Shown: positions 1 to 10,499 of the stretch, piece by piece
How the letters are laid out: each line of letters opens with the position of its first letter
How positions within the stretch are numbered: the stretch's first letter is position 1
Source: Dicyema japonicum
Taxonomy: Eukaryota > Animalia > Dicyemida
DNA: 33,000 bases
Direction of reading: 5' to 3'
Assembly: GCA_011109175.1 (NCBI GenBank)
Contig: RDEW01000019.1
Coordinates: forward strand, 619,482-652,481
Program-made: the position numbers and the translations under genes
Notes under the pieces: generated by a model
What the model saw: only the letters and a program-made list of their open reading frames with translations
Told to the model about the DNA's origin: nothing
Databases searched by the model: none

Positions 1-396
1 TGGATAACTTTGGATTTTTAGGTTTTCTAAGCATAATTCGAACTCATTTCTTTTTTGCTCGAGCTGAAACTGCAATTTATTAATAGTTTGCTTTTTGTCA
101 TCCAAAATCCCGCTTAAAGTCGATTCCTATAATTGTCAGTCATTCAACTAGAAAACTTCTTTTTTCGTTAAATTCAATTCTTCCATTCTTTGCTGTAGTT
201 TTATGCGCGCCAAATTGAGTTCATCCCAAGACTCAAATTTGATAAGACTTTTACCTTTTTGTATGTTTCCATGGTTACGGCCAAATTTTCCTCCTGAAGT
301 TTGTCACAGTCAGTTTCTATGATTTTGGAATTAGTTCTTTTAGACTGAAAGATAAAAAAAATTAAAAACTGAAACGTGATTTTTTTGAGCCTTCAT
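1..396 (-). CDS. Spliced gene for a coiled-coil protein of unknown function; 3'-partial (runs off window start)
   Basis: Removing phase-0 GT-AG introns 345-369 (25 nt), 232-254 (23 nt) and 127-156 (30 nt) gives an open frame MKAQKNHVSSKRTNSKIIETDCDKLQEENLAVTMETYKKSWDELNLARIKLQQRMEELNLTKKEESTLSGILDDKKQTINKLQFQLEQKRNEFELCLENLKIQKLS with heptad-like L/E/K/Q composition. The true start may be upstream (frame open to an AG near 419). Confidence 0.7.
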
Positions 397-1069
397 TCGG
401 CCGTAAGATTTATCTTTCCTAATATTTAGCTTTCAGTGTGAATACCCGAATACACGTATCTTTAATAAAAATGTTTTTATGGCGGAGTATAAAATTTTAA
501 CTTTGTTGGTTGGGTAGGAACCATTGTTTTAAAGTATTTGTTATTGTAGCGAATTACCGCACATTAAATAGATTTGATTGTTTCTCTTCATTCAATCATC
601 TAATTATGGACGCTTCTGCTTTTTAATCGTTTTCACGCACAAACATGTTTAAATTATACATTTTTATCAAAAAGTTGATTTTATTAGAATTTTAATGGCT
701 TTATTGATCAGAATAAATTTAGTACAAAAATTTCTTCATTTCAAATGTACATAGAGCATAAAGCGATGGCTGTAGAATTTTCTATTAGGCCAGGTGAGGT
801 CACAATAATAGAATGAATTCGAGATCACGTTTAGTCCCTAACGGGGTATACACAAAATTCCTTCTCTCTCAGATTCTATACCAACAATTGATTGTATTTT
901 AAGGAATTTTAAGTTGAATTTAAGTATATCGAAAAAAGTTTAGTTTTTTTGGGTGTTTTTCAGGTTGAAAAAAGGATTTTTTACTCAGTTAGCGATAGAA
1001 ACTTAATGTTGAAGCAAACTAGTAATGACCATACAAACTGCCCTTATCGACAAACAATCGACAATAAAG

Positions 1070-2330
1070 GTGAAATTTTTAACTCTTGAAGTCTTGAAAA
1101 CTCTCCGTTAAAATTCGAGCAGCACTGAGGGTTTAGAAACTGGTAGATAGGATCCAAGATGAAGCGTCACAGGAGAAATACATCTAAATCCCGGCCTCCC
1201 TCACAGTCTTTGCATACTCTGTAGAAGCGAAATTTCCTTACATCTTCTTTGTGTCCAAAGTGATCACCATATGCACTGGTAGGACAGCTTACTTTGCCCG
1301 TTTTGACCTCTTGGTCTTCTCAGCGGCAGAACAGGCTCCAAAGGCACTCTGGTGTAAGCCGTAAAGGCGAATGTGTTGGTGCAGGTGACACCCCAAACAA
1401 GAGGTTTCCCGGCTTCAAAACGGAAGATGGTCGCGCCATCGGGAAGTTTCCCGCCACATTTGCTAAGACAGATTAGTTGACTGGTTCTTAACGTGGGCAC
1501 CGGTGCCTCTTAATGGGGATGAACATATTAGGGAGCGCTCGAGTTTTATTTTTTTAATTATTATAAATATTTTCATTGAGTTTTTATCACGTGCTTGCTT
1601 TTCAAATTAATTATACTTTTCTTGTGTGTACTTTGATCACGGGCTTTTCTAATTAATTATACTTTTTTGCGTGTATTTTGACCAAAAAAAAAATAAATTA
1701 CAAATTGTGAATAGAGGAGATTTGAGACTAAGTCTGTCAACTGTGGAAGCTGACATAAAGGAATTGACAAATTCTCATCAAGCACAAGGCAGTCACTAAA
1801 ATTGTTTTTTATATAAAAAAAAAGTTTTATTGTGAATAAACTATTTAATTTTAAAAATAATTAATAATATTTGATAATATATAAATTTGGTCAGTTGGCA
1901 TTTAACTTTAATAATGGAATACAGTTTCGACGTACATTTTGAAAGAATGGCCAAATAAATCCGCAAATGAAAAAAATTGTATCAAAAAGAGGCGCTAACT
2001 TAAAAAAATCAAGAACCACTGGACTAGATTGGGCATAGAGTAGTGTTCTGCAGCGTTCAACGCTCACCTAACGACTTAGTTCAAGGCCATTTGTCTGGGA
2101 GATCTGCCTGCAATATTTCTGGAGGAAAGAAGGTGAAGGTCAAAATAGTAAATCTGATCTCCGCATCAACATGGACCTGGCACTCATACTTTTAATCCAA
2201 TTCGTAATGAGACCTCAATCCTGACGCATTCACGATCCAGAAAAGTCCTTAAAACTCATTAGAAATGGCGTTGAGGTGAACTCTGTTTTCGGAAGACGTC
2301 CCTTTGATTTTTAAGGCGAGATGATGGCCT
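1070..2330 (-). mobile_element. Decayed 3' part of a CRE-like non-LTR retrotransposon (zinc knuckle + restriction-like endonuclease), interrupted by a hAT MITE
   Basis: Minus strand reads LDRECVRIEVSLRIGLKV..PC.CG..H..AGRSPRQMALN.VVR.AL (2030-2330), then GKLPDGATIFRFEAGKPLVWGVTCTNT (1360-1470), matching the GRxxRH..LN / DGKRPDGxT..W..GK.LVWDVTC pattern. Many stops; ends approximate. Confidence 0.8.
1479..2021. mobile_element. hAT (Charlie-like) MITE; inverted relative of 24197-25373
   Basis: Ends gactggttcttaa ... aagaaccactg; flanks gattagtt (1471-1478) and gactagat (2022-2029) match 6/8; both ends align with the reverse complement of 24197-25373. Confidence 0.8.
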
Positions 2331-3539
2331 AAAATTTATCTATCTTTTTTATCTAGATAACTCTTGTTAGGTAAGACCGAACAATGAAATGAAAAATCAA
2401 CGAATGCGTAAAAGTTTTAACAAGACCAAATTTTTTGGAAGAAGTTATACAAAAGTTCTTAATTCACTGAATAAAACAAATTTACATAAATATTGTTTAA
2501 ACGTTAACGAGAAGACCTAACTAAATTTTAAATAAGCATAAGGATTTTCATTGCAAGATAACTAAATATAATTTTCCATAAGAGAAACAGTATTTTTTAA
2601 ATTCGTAGCTGCAACTTTAACGACATGCTTTGGGAATGATATGTCGTCCTAAAATAATTCGTTTCGGGAACTGAAGTCTCTTAGTACACCATTTAAAATT
2701 AATTGTATCTTTGATGGCATATGTCTCTTAACTATAAAGGATTAAATGCATTGGCAAAAAATTTCAATAAACAACATGATAATAAAAACTTCAGAGTATT
2801 TTCACTTTTTCATTATATTTGGTGCTTCATTCAATTAAACCGAGCTTGCAATAACATGTCCATCTGAGTTGTAGATCAACCACTCCGCTTCACTTTAAAC
2901 TATAATAAAGATAACATCTCAGATCCAAGCTAATTTCAACTTTGAATGTATCTTGTAAGCTTTAGGGATCTAAAATATCTTTTGATAGCAGACTCATGCG
3001 TGCATAACAGTTATGTCATCTAATGATTTTAATAGCGGATACTGATATATTACGTATATTCCTAGAAATGACAATGTTGTATATAAGACAAATTAAGAAA
3101 TTATGAAACTTAGTATCAAGGAATTCATATATATAAAAAGAATAATAAATAAAGTTTAATTTAAAAATATTTTAATGCAAATATAATGTTAATTAAATAA
3201 TTATAATATTCAACAGATATATGTAAACTAGGTTTAAAGCATGTAATAATATTCCTTCCATGTTAGAAATTGTTAAATTTTAATAAATTGCGTAAAAGGA
3301 AAAATTTTAAGACTATACTTCTAGGGATCATTTCTAGAGTTTGTCTTGAGAGAACGCTTTTCTAAAGTGTTCCCACACCAAACTGTGATGATGCAGTATA
3401 CCTCTATAGCGCTTTCGTGACGCTTCGATCAGTTTGTGATCGAATGGAAGATCTATAGTTGTAGAGGTTTCTGAGCAGTTTGAATTATTATTTTATTTAT
3501 GAACATTTTTTAAACAATTAATCAAATGTCATTTGATGA

Positions 3540-3755
3540 AACCTGGTTGGTTGAATTGCGATCGAGTTCCCTCGGAGTATGGCTATTCCAATCTTTTGTC
3601 TTAGCCGTAACCCTTCTCGTTGATCCCTTTTCTTTTGGCAAGCAATCCTCCGAGTTCTCGGAAGAACTCAGCCGTCATTGGCCCAACAGCTCCCGATGAT
3701 TCGGTCGCAACAGGAGTAAATCGATAGCGATCCCGAGGCAAGAATACTTATTTTT
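3540..3755 (-). mobile_element. CRE-like retrotransposon C-terminal (REL endonuclease) fragment
   Basis: DRYRFTPVATESSGAVGPMTAEFFRELGGLLAKRKG/DQREGLRLRQKIGIAILRGNS with a frameshift; matches FxPxAxETxGxxG...QRISIAIQRGN. Confidence 0.75.
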
Positions 3756-4099
3756 ATTAAAAAATATTTAATAATCTATTCATAGTTGAGTACAAAGGTT
3801 CGACTCTGCTGTGGCATACACGGCAGACGTTTTAAGGTTCATTGTATGGAAAGGGAACCTATATCAATGTTGCTTACTCATTTCTAATGTTGAGCACTAC
3901 TCACTGTCTATTCCACGCACACGATCACTTGAGCTGATTTATGTTGAGATGGTTTGTGCCATGTTTATTTTCCACACAATATAAAATATTTCATTTTTTT
4001 TCTTTGTATATCTTAATAATTACCATGTATGCACGACTTCAAATATATGATTTCAATTTTAAGCTAAATGAAATCTGAACTCACTAACTTCATTTTGAC

Positions 4100-4625
4100 C
4101 CTTCCTTTAGAATTTCCGCTCTCTTAAATTTCCTATACGCACTGCAGCGAGAAGAAAAATAAGAGCTTTCGTTAATTATGAAGCGAAGCAAACATTTTTG
4201 CTATAATGGTGCGTCATCAACTTCAGACAATTAACACTAAGTAGATTCTACTTTTATTTTACAAATAAAAACTTATCAATCTCGAATAGAATGTTTCCAC
4301 AGATTACCACAATCTCGTAAATCAATAGTATCTTTTGTCCACCTCAGACTTAAACTTATGTGAAAAATCAAGAATCAGGTAATGCAAATCATCATCGGGG
4401 TAACTGTAAAAAGCTAAAATATTGTGTTGAGGCAGTTTGATTATTGCAGCAAAATCGAAAAGATACCATAATTCTTTACAACCAAATGCTTAATTCTGCC
4501 AATCTCAGCACATCTCCTGAGTTTTGGCCAGGAAATTGCAGTAAAACGGAAAATTGACAGAAACGATACCCAATGGTAGGACAATGATTTCGCAGAATAT
4601 TGATCCCCGATATTGCAGACTATCT
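4100..4625 (-). pseudogene. Possible decayed rhodopsin-class GPCR fragment (TM3 onward)
   Basis: IVCNIGDQYSAKSLSYHWVSFLSIFRFTAISWP resembles TM3 (C...S...LSxxRxxAIxxP). A shifted frame gives TM4-like FAAIIKLP. Stops and frameshifts present; C-to-R spacing is 23 rather than 25. Confidence 0.35.
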
Positions 4626-4725
4626 ATTCTAAAGGATTCCCTGGCATCTATTTCTGATATATTACAGTAGTATAAATGACCAAATTTAAGTTGCAAATTG
4701 AATTAATATCTTTTTTACTAAAAAT

Positions 4726-5421
4726 TTATTTATTACGTTTAATATCCTCGTCCCAAACTTTATAAGCGTATTTATTAATATATCCACTCTGTTTATTAAG
4801 AGCTCTTTTCAGATTCCGTACATCTCATGTAATATGGCATATAGTAGTCTCTCACAATTTCTGGAATTTTCCTTTAGTCATTTTTAAGTATTCCTCATTT
4901 TCCTGTGGGAATATGATGTTCTTCCGGTTCCTTTTCTTGGTAGATTCCACTCGTTGTAAGTCTTGTAGGATCAAATGAACATTTTCCCATTTTCTAGCTG
5001 ACTGAAAGCGTTGTCACGTTCTTTAACGAGTTCCAGTATGTTGTCCATCGATTCTTCCACCAAAAATATTTGACAATCAATACTTTCTCAAAATCTCTCG
5101 GGACTCGGCATTAGTTTCCCTATTCGCTGGTATTCATGCTCCATCGTCATAAGCATATTCCGTTCCTTCAGAAGAACGTACCAAAGCTTGTGAAGGTCCT
5201 GGTTAGACTTTAAACGAAGTTCCTCGATCTTCCATGGTCTTCCTAAAATAGTCAATTATGTTTTAACCAGTTTTTACGATGTTACTGCCCCAGTTGGATT
5301 TATCGTCGAAAAATTCCATAAGGTTGTTTTGTACTGAAGTTGTGCTGATCGACTTATAAAAATTGTTTCTATATTGATGAATTAATTTTTACATTATCTT
5401 AAACCTAGATGAAGGAATCAT
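4726..5421 (-). pseudogene. MRPL47: Mitochondrial ribosomal protein L47 (uL29m), disrupted
   Basis: With introns 5369-5392 (24 nt), 5243-5267 (25 nt) and 5061-5083 (23 nt): [49 protein letters not shown]...MPSPERF(EK)VEESMDNILELVKERDNA. Lesions: extra T giving TGA at 5088-5090, third intron ends in TG, TGA at 4971-4973 and further frameshifts. Confidence 0.88.
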
Positions 5422-5530
5422 TCCGAGTTAATTTTGGTAGCACAAAGTCAGCAATTATTTCAAATTTAATAAGTATTTTTTATTTTAATCATTATATTTA
5501 ATAATTTGATTTTACTACTTGTTATTCCCA

Positions 5531-5781
5531 CGTGGTGCTATGTGGCCATTTGATTGAAGATTTCTCTTCCTTCCTTCTAGTGGCGTCACTGGATCCAATT
5601 ATCACAGGATGCGTACAATGCCTGGTCAGCATTCAAATGAATCCATCACTTTATTTCCCGGGAGACTATTTCGCTCCTTGGTGAGGATTTCTGAGTTTGC
5701 CCTCAGTTTCCCGACAATGTCATGTATATCACTGTGCTATGATAAGGCTCTACTAGGATCGCGGAATTAGTTAGTTTGGTT
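5531..5781 (+). mobile_element. Short non-autonomous retroelement-like repeat (copy A) with a degraded HDV-like fold at 5582-5644
   Basis: Shares leader cgtggYgcYatgtgg with copies at 7432 and 9518(-), the ggcgtca..ggatcc core, and 3' end gttagtttggtt with 9313(-) and 30383(-). Confidence 0.7.
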
Positions 5782-6594
5782 CACCCTTCGTTTTTAGAAT
5801 GATTTCATTCTGTTTGACATTCGAATTAACCCAAAAATGAAGATGGAGTTTACAGACTGGACTCTTTATGAAGGAATCAACTGAGAAAGATAACAGGAAC
5901 AGACGGATGAGCAGCATTTCAAGTTAATTAATCTACAAGTAAGCTAATAAGCCTTGAGATAATGGAGTTCCCTCGATACTATTCGGCCATGGAAAATTAT
6001 TGTTTCCAAAGAAGACGGTTTTCGTAGGAGGTCAAGAAGGGTAACTTTGACGGTCATACTGCGAAACGAATTGAAAAAAACTGAAGAGTTGAAAATCAAC
6101 CTGGGCTCATTGAAGGGACCGTGGATAGATAAAAACATCAGAATATGTTGTAGTTGTGACGCGATTAGTTGTGGGTTTGATTTCCACACCCTGTCGAAAA
6201 ATTTCTCACTGTTCCGTGCATTCCTCGAATCCTTAGAGGCATCATGAGGTCTCTTGTTCTTTCAGGAGATCTTGGCAAACACCAAAACAAATCTCTCACC
6301 ATATTTTACTGGAAGAATTGATCAGTTTTCGGATACATCAAAAAGGATCTCTCATCTATATTTTACAGGAGGAATTCACACAACTGCTTGTGTGGACTTA
6401 TTATTTGAAAGGACCTATCATGTTGCGACCATGGGAACTAGAAATACGTTAATTAAATGTTAATTGACTCGAACTCTTAACTTTTTAAAATGCATAGAAT
6501 AAAAACATACAAATTATGGATACTTTGATCACTTAATTTTTTGGATTCAATGTTTTTCTTTCTCTTAGTGTCATAAACTTAAACAGTCTCGGAT

Positions 6595-6835
6595 CAGGTC
6601 ATGCTTCTAAGCAGGCCGAGGATCAGAAGAGAAGGAAGAACCGAAGCATTTCGGATGATCACTTGTTTGTCCTATTTGCTGTCGAGACGTCAGAAATCCT
6701 TGGCGAATAGGCGTCTAGTCAGTCGGATCGTCTCAATGATCTAAAGGGTCACCAAGGATCTACCATAGAGTGGATGGCTTCGAGAGCATATCTCAATAGT
6801 TATTAACAGAGGAAACAGTCTAACCATTCAAGATC
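6595..6835 (+). mobile_element. CRE-like retrotransposon C-terminal fragment
   Basis: ASKQAEDQKRRKNRSISDDHLFVLFAVETSEILG followed by a shifted ISIVINRGNS; matches AExxKxxKY..FVPFAVETxG..QRGN. Confidence 0.7.
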
Positions 6836-7411
6836 CTTAGATTAAGTGTTCTTTTAACGGTTTTAATTTAAACTTAAACAAATAATTTTTTGATTCACCC
6901 AAATTATAAAATTCATGGCCAATCCACTAATACAGAGATTTTAAGAGAGAATAGCCACGCAGTCAGGGCAGCCGCTATATGACCACTTGTTTTCTTTTCT
7001 TTCCTAAATAAATTTTTTTTACTGTCGCTAAAAAATAATTTCCAGAAATTATCATTTGTCTCTAGAAAAATTGGAAATAATCTACGGCGTCGCTAACTAT
7101 CATAAAAATAGCTTGTGATAGATTTCCGATTTTTCGCGTTTGAACGTAAATATGTCAGTCTGAATTAATTTTCTAAAATTGAAAATGAAGATTTTATTAA
7201 AATATTTCACCAAAAATAATTTGTTGCAAATTTATATTCAAAAACGAAAATGTCAAAATGCCTTTAATAAATATTTATTTTTTGTAATAATTCATTTAAA
7301 GAAGTTACCAAAATTGTATTTTTACAGTTTCTTTATTCAAAAAGATAAGAACCAATAAACTAATGTTGAACATCCAACGATCCCACGAGTCCACTCACTC
7401 ATATTACTAAT

Positions 7412-7754
7412 GGAGACAATCCGAAAACCTTCGTGGCGCCATGTGGTGCTGAGTGGTTAATTGGTTAAGTTTTCTGCTTGCTTGTCTGTTCCTCCTCTCT
7501 CTTCTTAATAGAGTGGCGTCATGTGATCCACCTGTCTAGGTGACGCCCAGTGCCAGGCCGGCACGAAAAAGGATCATTTGCTTTTCCGCACTCCACTGGA
7601 GGGGTTTCCACAACTGCATGTAATGGACGTCTTACCTTTTATGTTGATTCCGGATGGAGTCTGTTTCTGTATAAGTGGAAACTGGATACACTTAATTAGT
7701 TGTTTACTTTAACTTCTTTCTCGGTGTATCCGGGGTTAATAAATAATAATAATA
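7412..7754 (+). mobile_element. Short non-autonomous retroelement (copy B) with internal HDV-like fold, ggggtt(aat)n tail and probable 11-bp TSD
   Basis: atattactaat at 7401-7411 and 7755-7765; the tail ccggggttaataaataataataat matches LINE 3' ends at 23872, 28471 and 31739; no long ORF. Confidence 0.75.
7515..7577 (+). ncRNA. HDV-ribozyme-like pseudoknot (copy B)
   Basis: P1 GGCGUC 7515-7520/GACGCC 7542-7547; P2 GUGAUCC 7523-7529/GGAUCAU 7571-7577; P3 ACC/GGU, L3 UGUCUA; P4 GUGCC 7550-7554/GGCAC 7560-7564; J4/2 GAAAAA. Confidence 0.65.
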
Positions 7755-7789
7755 ATATTACTAATTCTATTCCTTGTGATTTTGTACAA

Positions 7790-8100
7790 CCTCACATATA
7801 TACTTCACCGAGATTGGCATCATTTACCAGATGGCAATAAAGCAAGTCGAAGTGGAAAAATTGCACAAATATGACCTGCTTGCAGGCGAATTGGGACTAA
7901 TACATAACGCTAATGTTAACATTGTGCCAATAGTGCTTACCTGGGATGGAATTGTATCAAGGTTTTAAAATATCACCTTGCTTCGCTTAATGTGAAGAGC
8001 CCTATAAGAGCGTACATCCAATCTCAAATGATCAAGAAGACCTTGGAGAGCATGCGAGTAGAACACGAATATGATCCTACTCTTGAAGAAGGATTGATGG
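7790..8100 (+). mobile_element. R4/Dong-like non-LTR retrotransposon REL endonuclease C-terminal fragment
   Basis: EIGI...KQVEVEKLHKYDLLAGELGLIHNANVNIVPIVLTWDGIVSR...IRAYIQSQMIKKTLESM; homologous to the 21540-22530 fragment. Confidence 0.75.
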
Positions 8101-8396
8101 ACGTTACCATTAGAGAAGGACTAACGAGCCAAATGTGCCACCTTTGAGAGGAACAAAATGGACAAATTGGGACGACGAAGACTTTAGATGTTATCTTGAG
8201 ATGAGTCTGTGTTATTGGTCGGGTTGGGCCATAAAAGAAGGCGAATGTGCTAGAGAGGATAACATAGAAGGAGCCCCTACATTATGTAATTTATTTCTGA
8301 CGTTAATTTAATTTAAAAAAATATGTTAAAATATTATTTAAGTTGGGTAACCAATATATAAATAAATAAATATCTAATGCGTACATGTATAAGATA

Positions 8397-9185
8397 ATGA
8401 CTTTCATTCCTAGTTTGTTCGTCGTACTCAATGCCTCACTTATCTTGGTAGTATTTTAGTGACTAGTTTCTAGGCTCTCTCAGGACTTATGCTTTATTTA
8501 TGTTCCATCGATTTAGTAAATGTCAATGAGGTGAAAGAAATTCTAAGTGATCAAAAGTTTTTGGTTATCGGAGTCTTCGTTATCATTCTAATTGCGGCTT
8601 TTTTCCTCATTGGTGCTATTTCCGGGTTCTCTATTCTTTTTGTTAACGCAAAGTACCTCAGATATTTTGTAATCAATTTTATAATGATATAGTTCATATT
8701 CGTTTTGATTTTTACTTTTGTGGTTGCTATTTTGTTTTTGGTAGTTTTTTCAAGCTATGATGAAGAAACTGTATTAAAAAATTCACGTAGAGTTGACCGC
8801 ATGATAAACGAATACAATTACTATGTTGTCCCTGTTGATATAATGCAGCAAACAGTTTATTAAATTGTTAAATTCAGTTTAAATGTTGTGGAGGGTTTTT
8901 TGGTGCTCCAAGTTACACTAATTTGCCTCATTACCCCAGATCTTGTTGTCCACCAGATAAAAGAAAGGATTGTACATTATTATTTGTGTATATTGTGGTA
9001 TTGGTCTCTCTTATTTGTAGAACTGTCCAATTCGGGTAAGTCAATTTCTTTTGGATGAAAATAAAAAGTTGATTAGTGCAACATCAATAATTGTTATTTT
9101 GCTGGTTTGCTGTAAAGATGATTTGTAGCTTATTGGGATTGCCAGTACTTTTTTCCTCCTCTGCAGTGACAGACGTAATAATTAG
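8397..9185 (+). CDS. Tetraspanin, copy 1 (222 aa, 6 exons)
   Basis: Phase-0 GT-AG introns 8448-8473, 8669-8692, 8855-8877, 8998-9020 and 9105-9128 leave a 669-nt open frame with four hydrophobic segments and large-loop motifs FKCCG, PRSCC and terminal C. Alternative in-frame ATG at 8385. Confidence 0.93.
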
Positions 9186-9312
9186 TTTAACTTTCCTTTA
9201 GTTTAGTTTATTATTCTTAGCTAATTTAACTTTGATCTAATTTTTTTATTTCAGGTTAATTTTTTTCTTCATATTTTTGATATTTTTTCTAGAATTTTCA
9301 AAAAATGAGAGT

Positions 9313-9518
9313 AACCAAACTAACGAACTCTTTGATCCTGACTCGATCCAGCATTCCAGAACTTGTATCAAGGTAACAACTACATTGTTTCTCGGGGAAG
9401 AATAGTTGAATCCTCTTCATGCCAGGCAGGAATTGGGCGTCTCCTCAGTAGAGTGGTTTTTATGACGAAGGGAAATAATTTATGTGCAACTAGCCAAATT
9501 GCACCACATAGCGCCACG
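9313..9518 (-). mobile_element. Short non-autonomous element (copy C) with degraded HDV-like fold
   Basis: Reverse complement: cgtggcgctatgtggtgc...cgtcat...aggagacgcccaattcctgcctggcatgaagaggattc...gttagtttggtt; begins where similarity between the tetraspanin duplicates ends. Confidence 0.7.
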
Positions 9519-9587
9519 CATAATTCGAAATTATTGGTGCAGTGGAAAAAGCCAGAGTTCGATTCGTCTTTTAAGAGGAAGTTTTGG

Positions 9588-9693
9588 GAAACTATATCCG
9601 TCTTAATAAGGATATTCATTGTACTTGAACTATGCTATACAGCACCAGAAATAGGTCACCCATCCTATTTTCTAACCTTAATCAATGAGATAT
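9588..9693 (+). repeat. ~105-bp unclassified dispersed repeat (second copy 25831-25936)
   Basis: aaactatatccgtctt...gatattcattgtactKgaactatgctatacagcaccagaaWtaggtcaccca.cctattttctaacct...caatgagata at both loci. Confidence 0.85.
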
Positions 9694-9739
9694 TATTATT
9701 AAAAGCATTTTCACAGAACCAAAGAACGTTATATTAACT

Positions 9740-10345
9740 AAGGTCCCGTTTATGCTACAGTTTCAAAATCAGCTTCACTAGGCGTATCCATCGCCCTTTG
9801 CTTTGCGCATCTGTCCTTAGATCTTCTAGGTCATCTGCAGATTAAGTTTTCTTCCAATTCCATTAAGATCCTTGTTCAGAACCATGATAGAATGACTCTG
9901 GGTCTTCCTCTGAACGATGGTTTGTTCTCATTGTTAAAGTAATTGTCCATTATTATTTTGCAGGGGCGTTTATGTCCATTCTAAGCACGTGTCTAAACAG
10001 TCTCCATCTTGATTCAATAATGTCGATGCTTATTGGCTTCGATTGTGCCACAGAGTATAATTTTTTATTTGAAATCTTTTTGGGTTAACTTAGGCCCATT
10101 AAATTTCGTAATTTTTTCGATGAAATATATCTATTTTATTGAGCTCTAGCTCTATGACCCCCATGTACTCGAGTTGTACATAAGCATCGGCTTTATATAT
10201 GCGTTGTATAGTATTATTCTTAGATTTGATTTTATTCGTTTTCGTCGACTCCATATCTTCTGCATTCTCTTATACATGGCTAGAACTCTTCTATACATCA
10301 TGTCCTCATTATCACCAAGTAAGGATCCCAATTTCCTTTTTTCTT
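9740..10345 (-). mobile_element. RTE-like LINE, 3' fragment
   Basis: LGSLLGDNED..RIILYNAYIKPMLMYNSSTWG..IDIFHRK..KISNKKLY..SRWRLFRHVLRMD..FRGRPR..DL with frameshifts. Confidence 0.85.
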
Positions 10346-10499
10346 CTAATTTTTATCAATATATTTTAATTCCCTTGTGATTTTTATGTGTTCAGTCTAC
10401 GACTACCACCAAATACTCTGGAAACCCTAATTTGTCTAAAAGAAGCAGGGTACCAGTTACATCATAAAAACAAATTAAAGCACGTGCTTGCTCATATTT

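Noticed and set aside
2380-3125. Possible decayed minus-strand gene
   Set aside because: Some acceptor-like sites but no reconstructable frame or family motif.
5790-6465. Coding-like tract with three short ORFs
   Set aside because: No consistent frame, splice pattern or motif on either strand; left unassigned.
8771-8790. 20-nt GT-AG intron in tetraspanin exon 3
   Set aside because: The frame reads through it, and removing it would shift the frame before the CCG motif.
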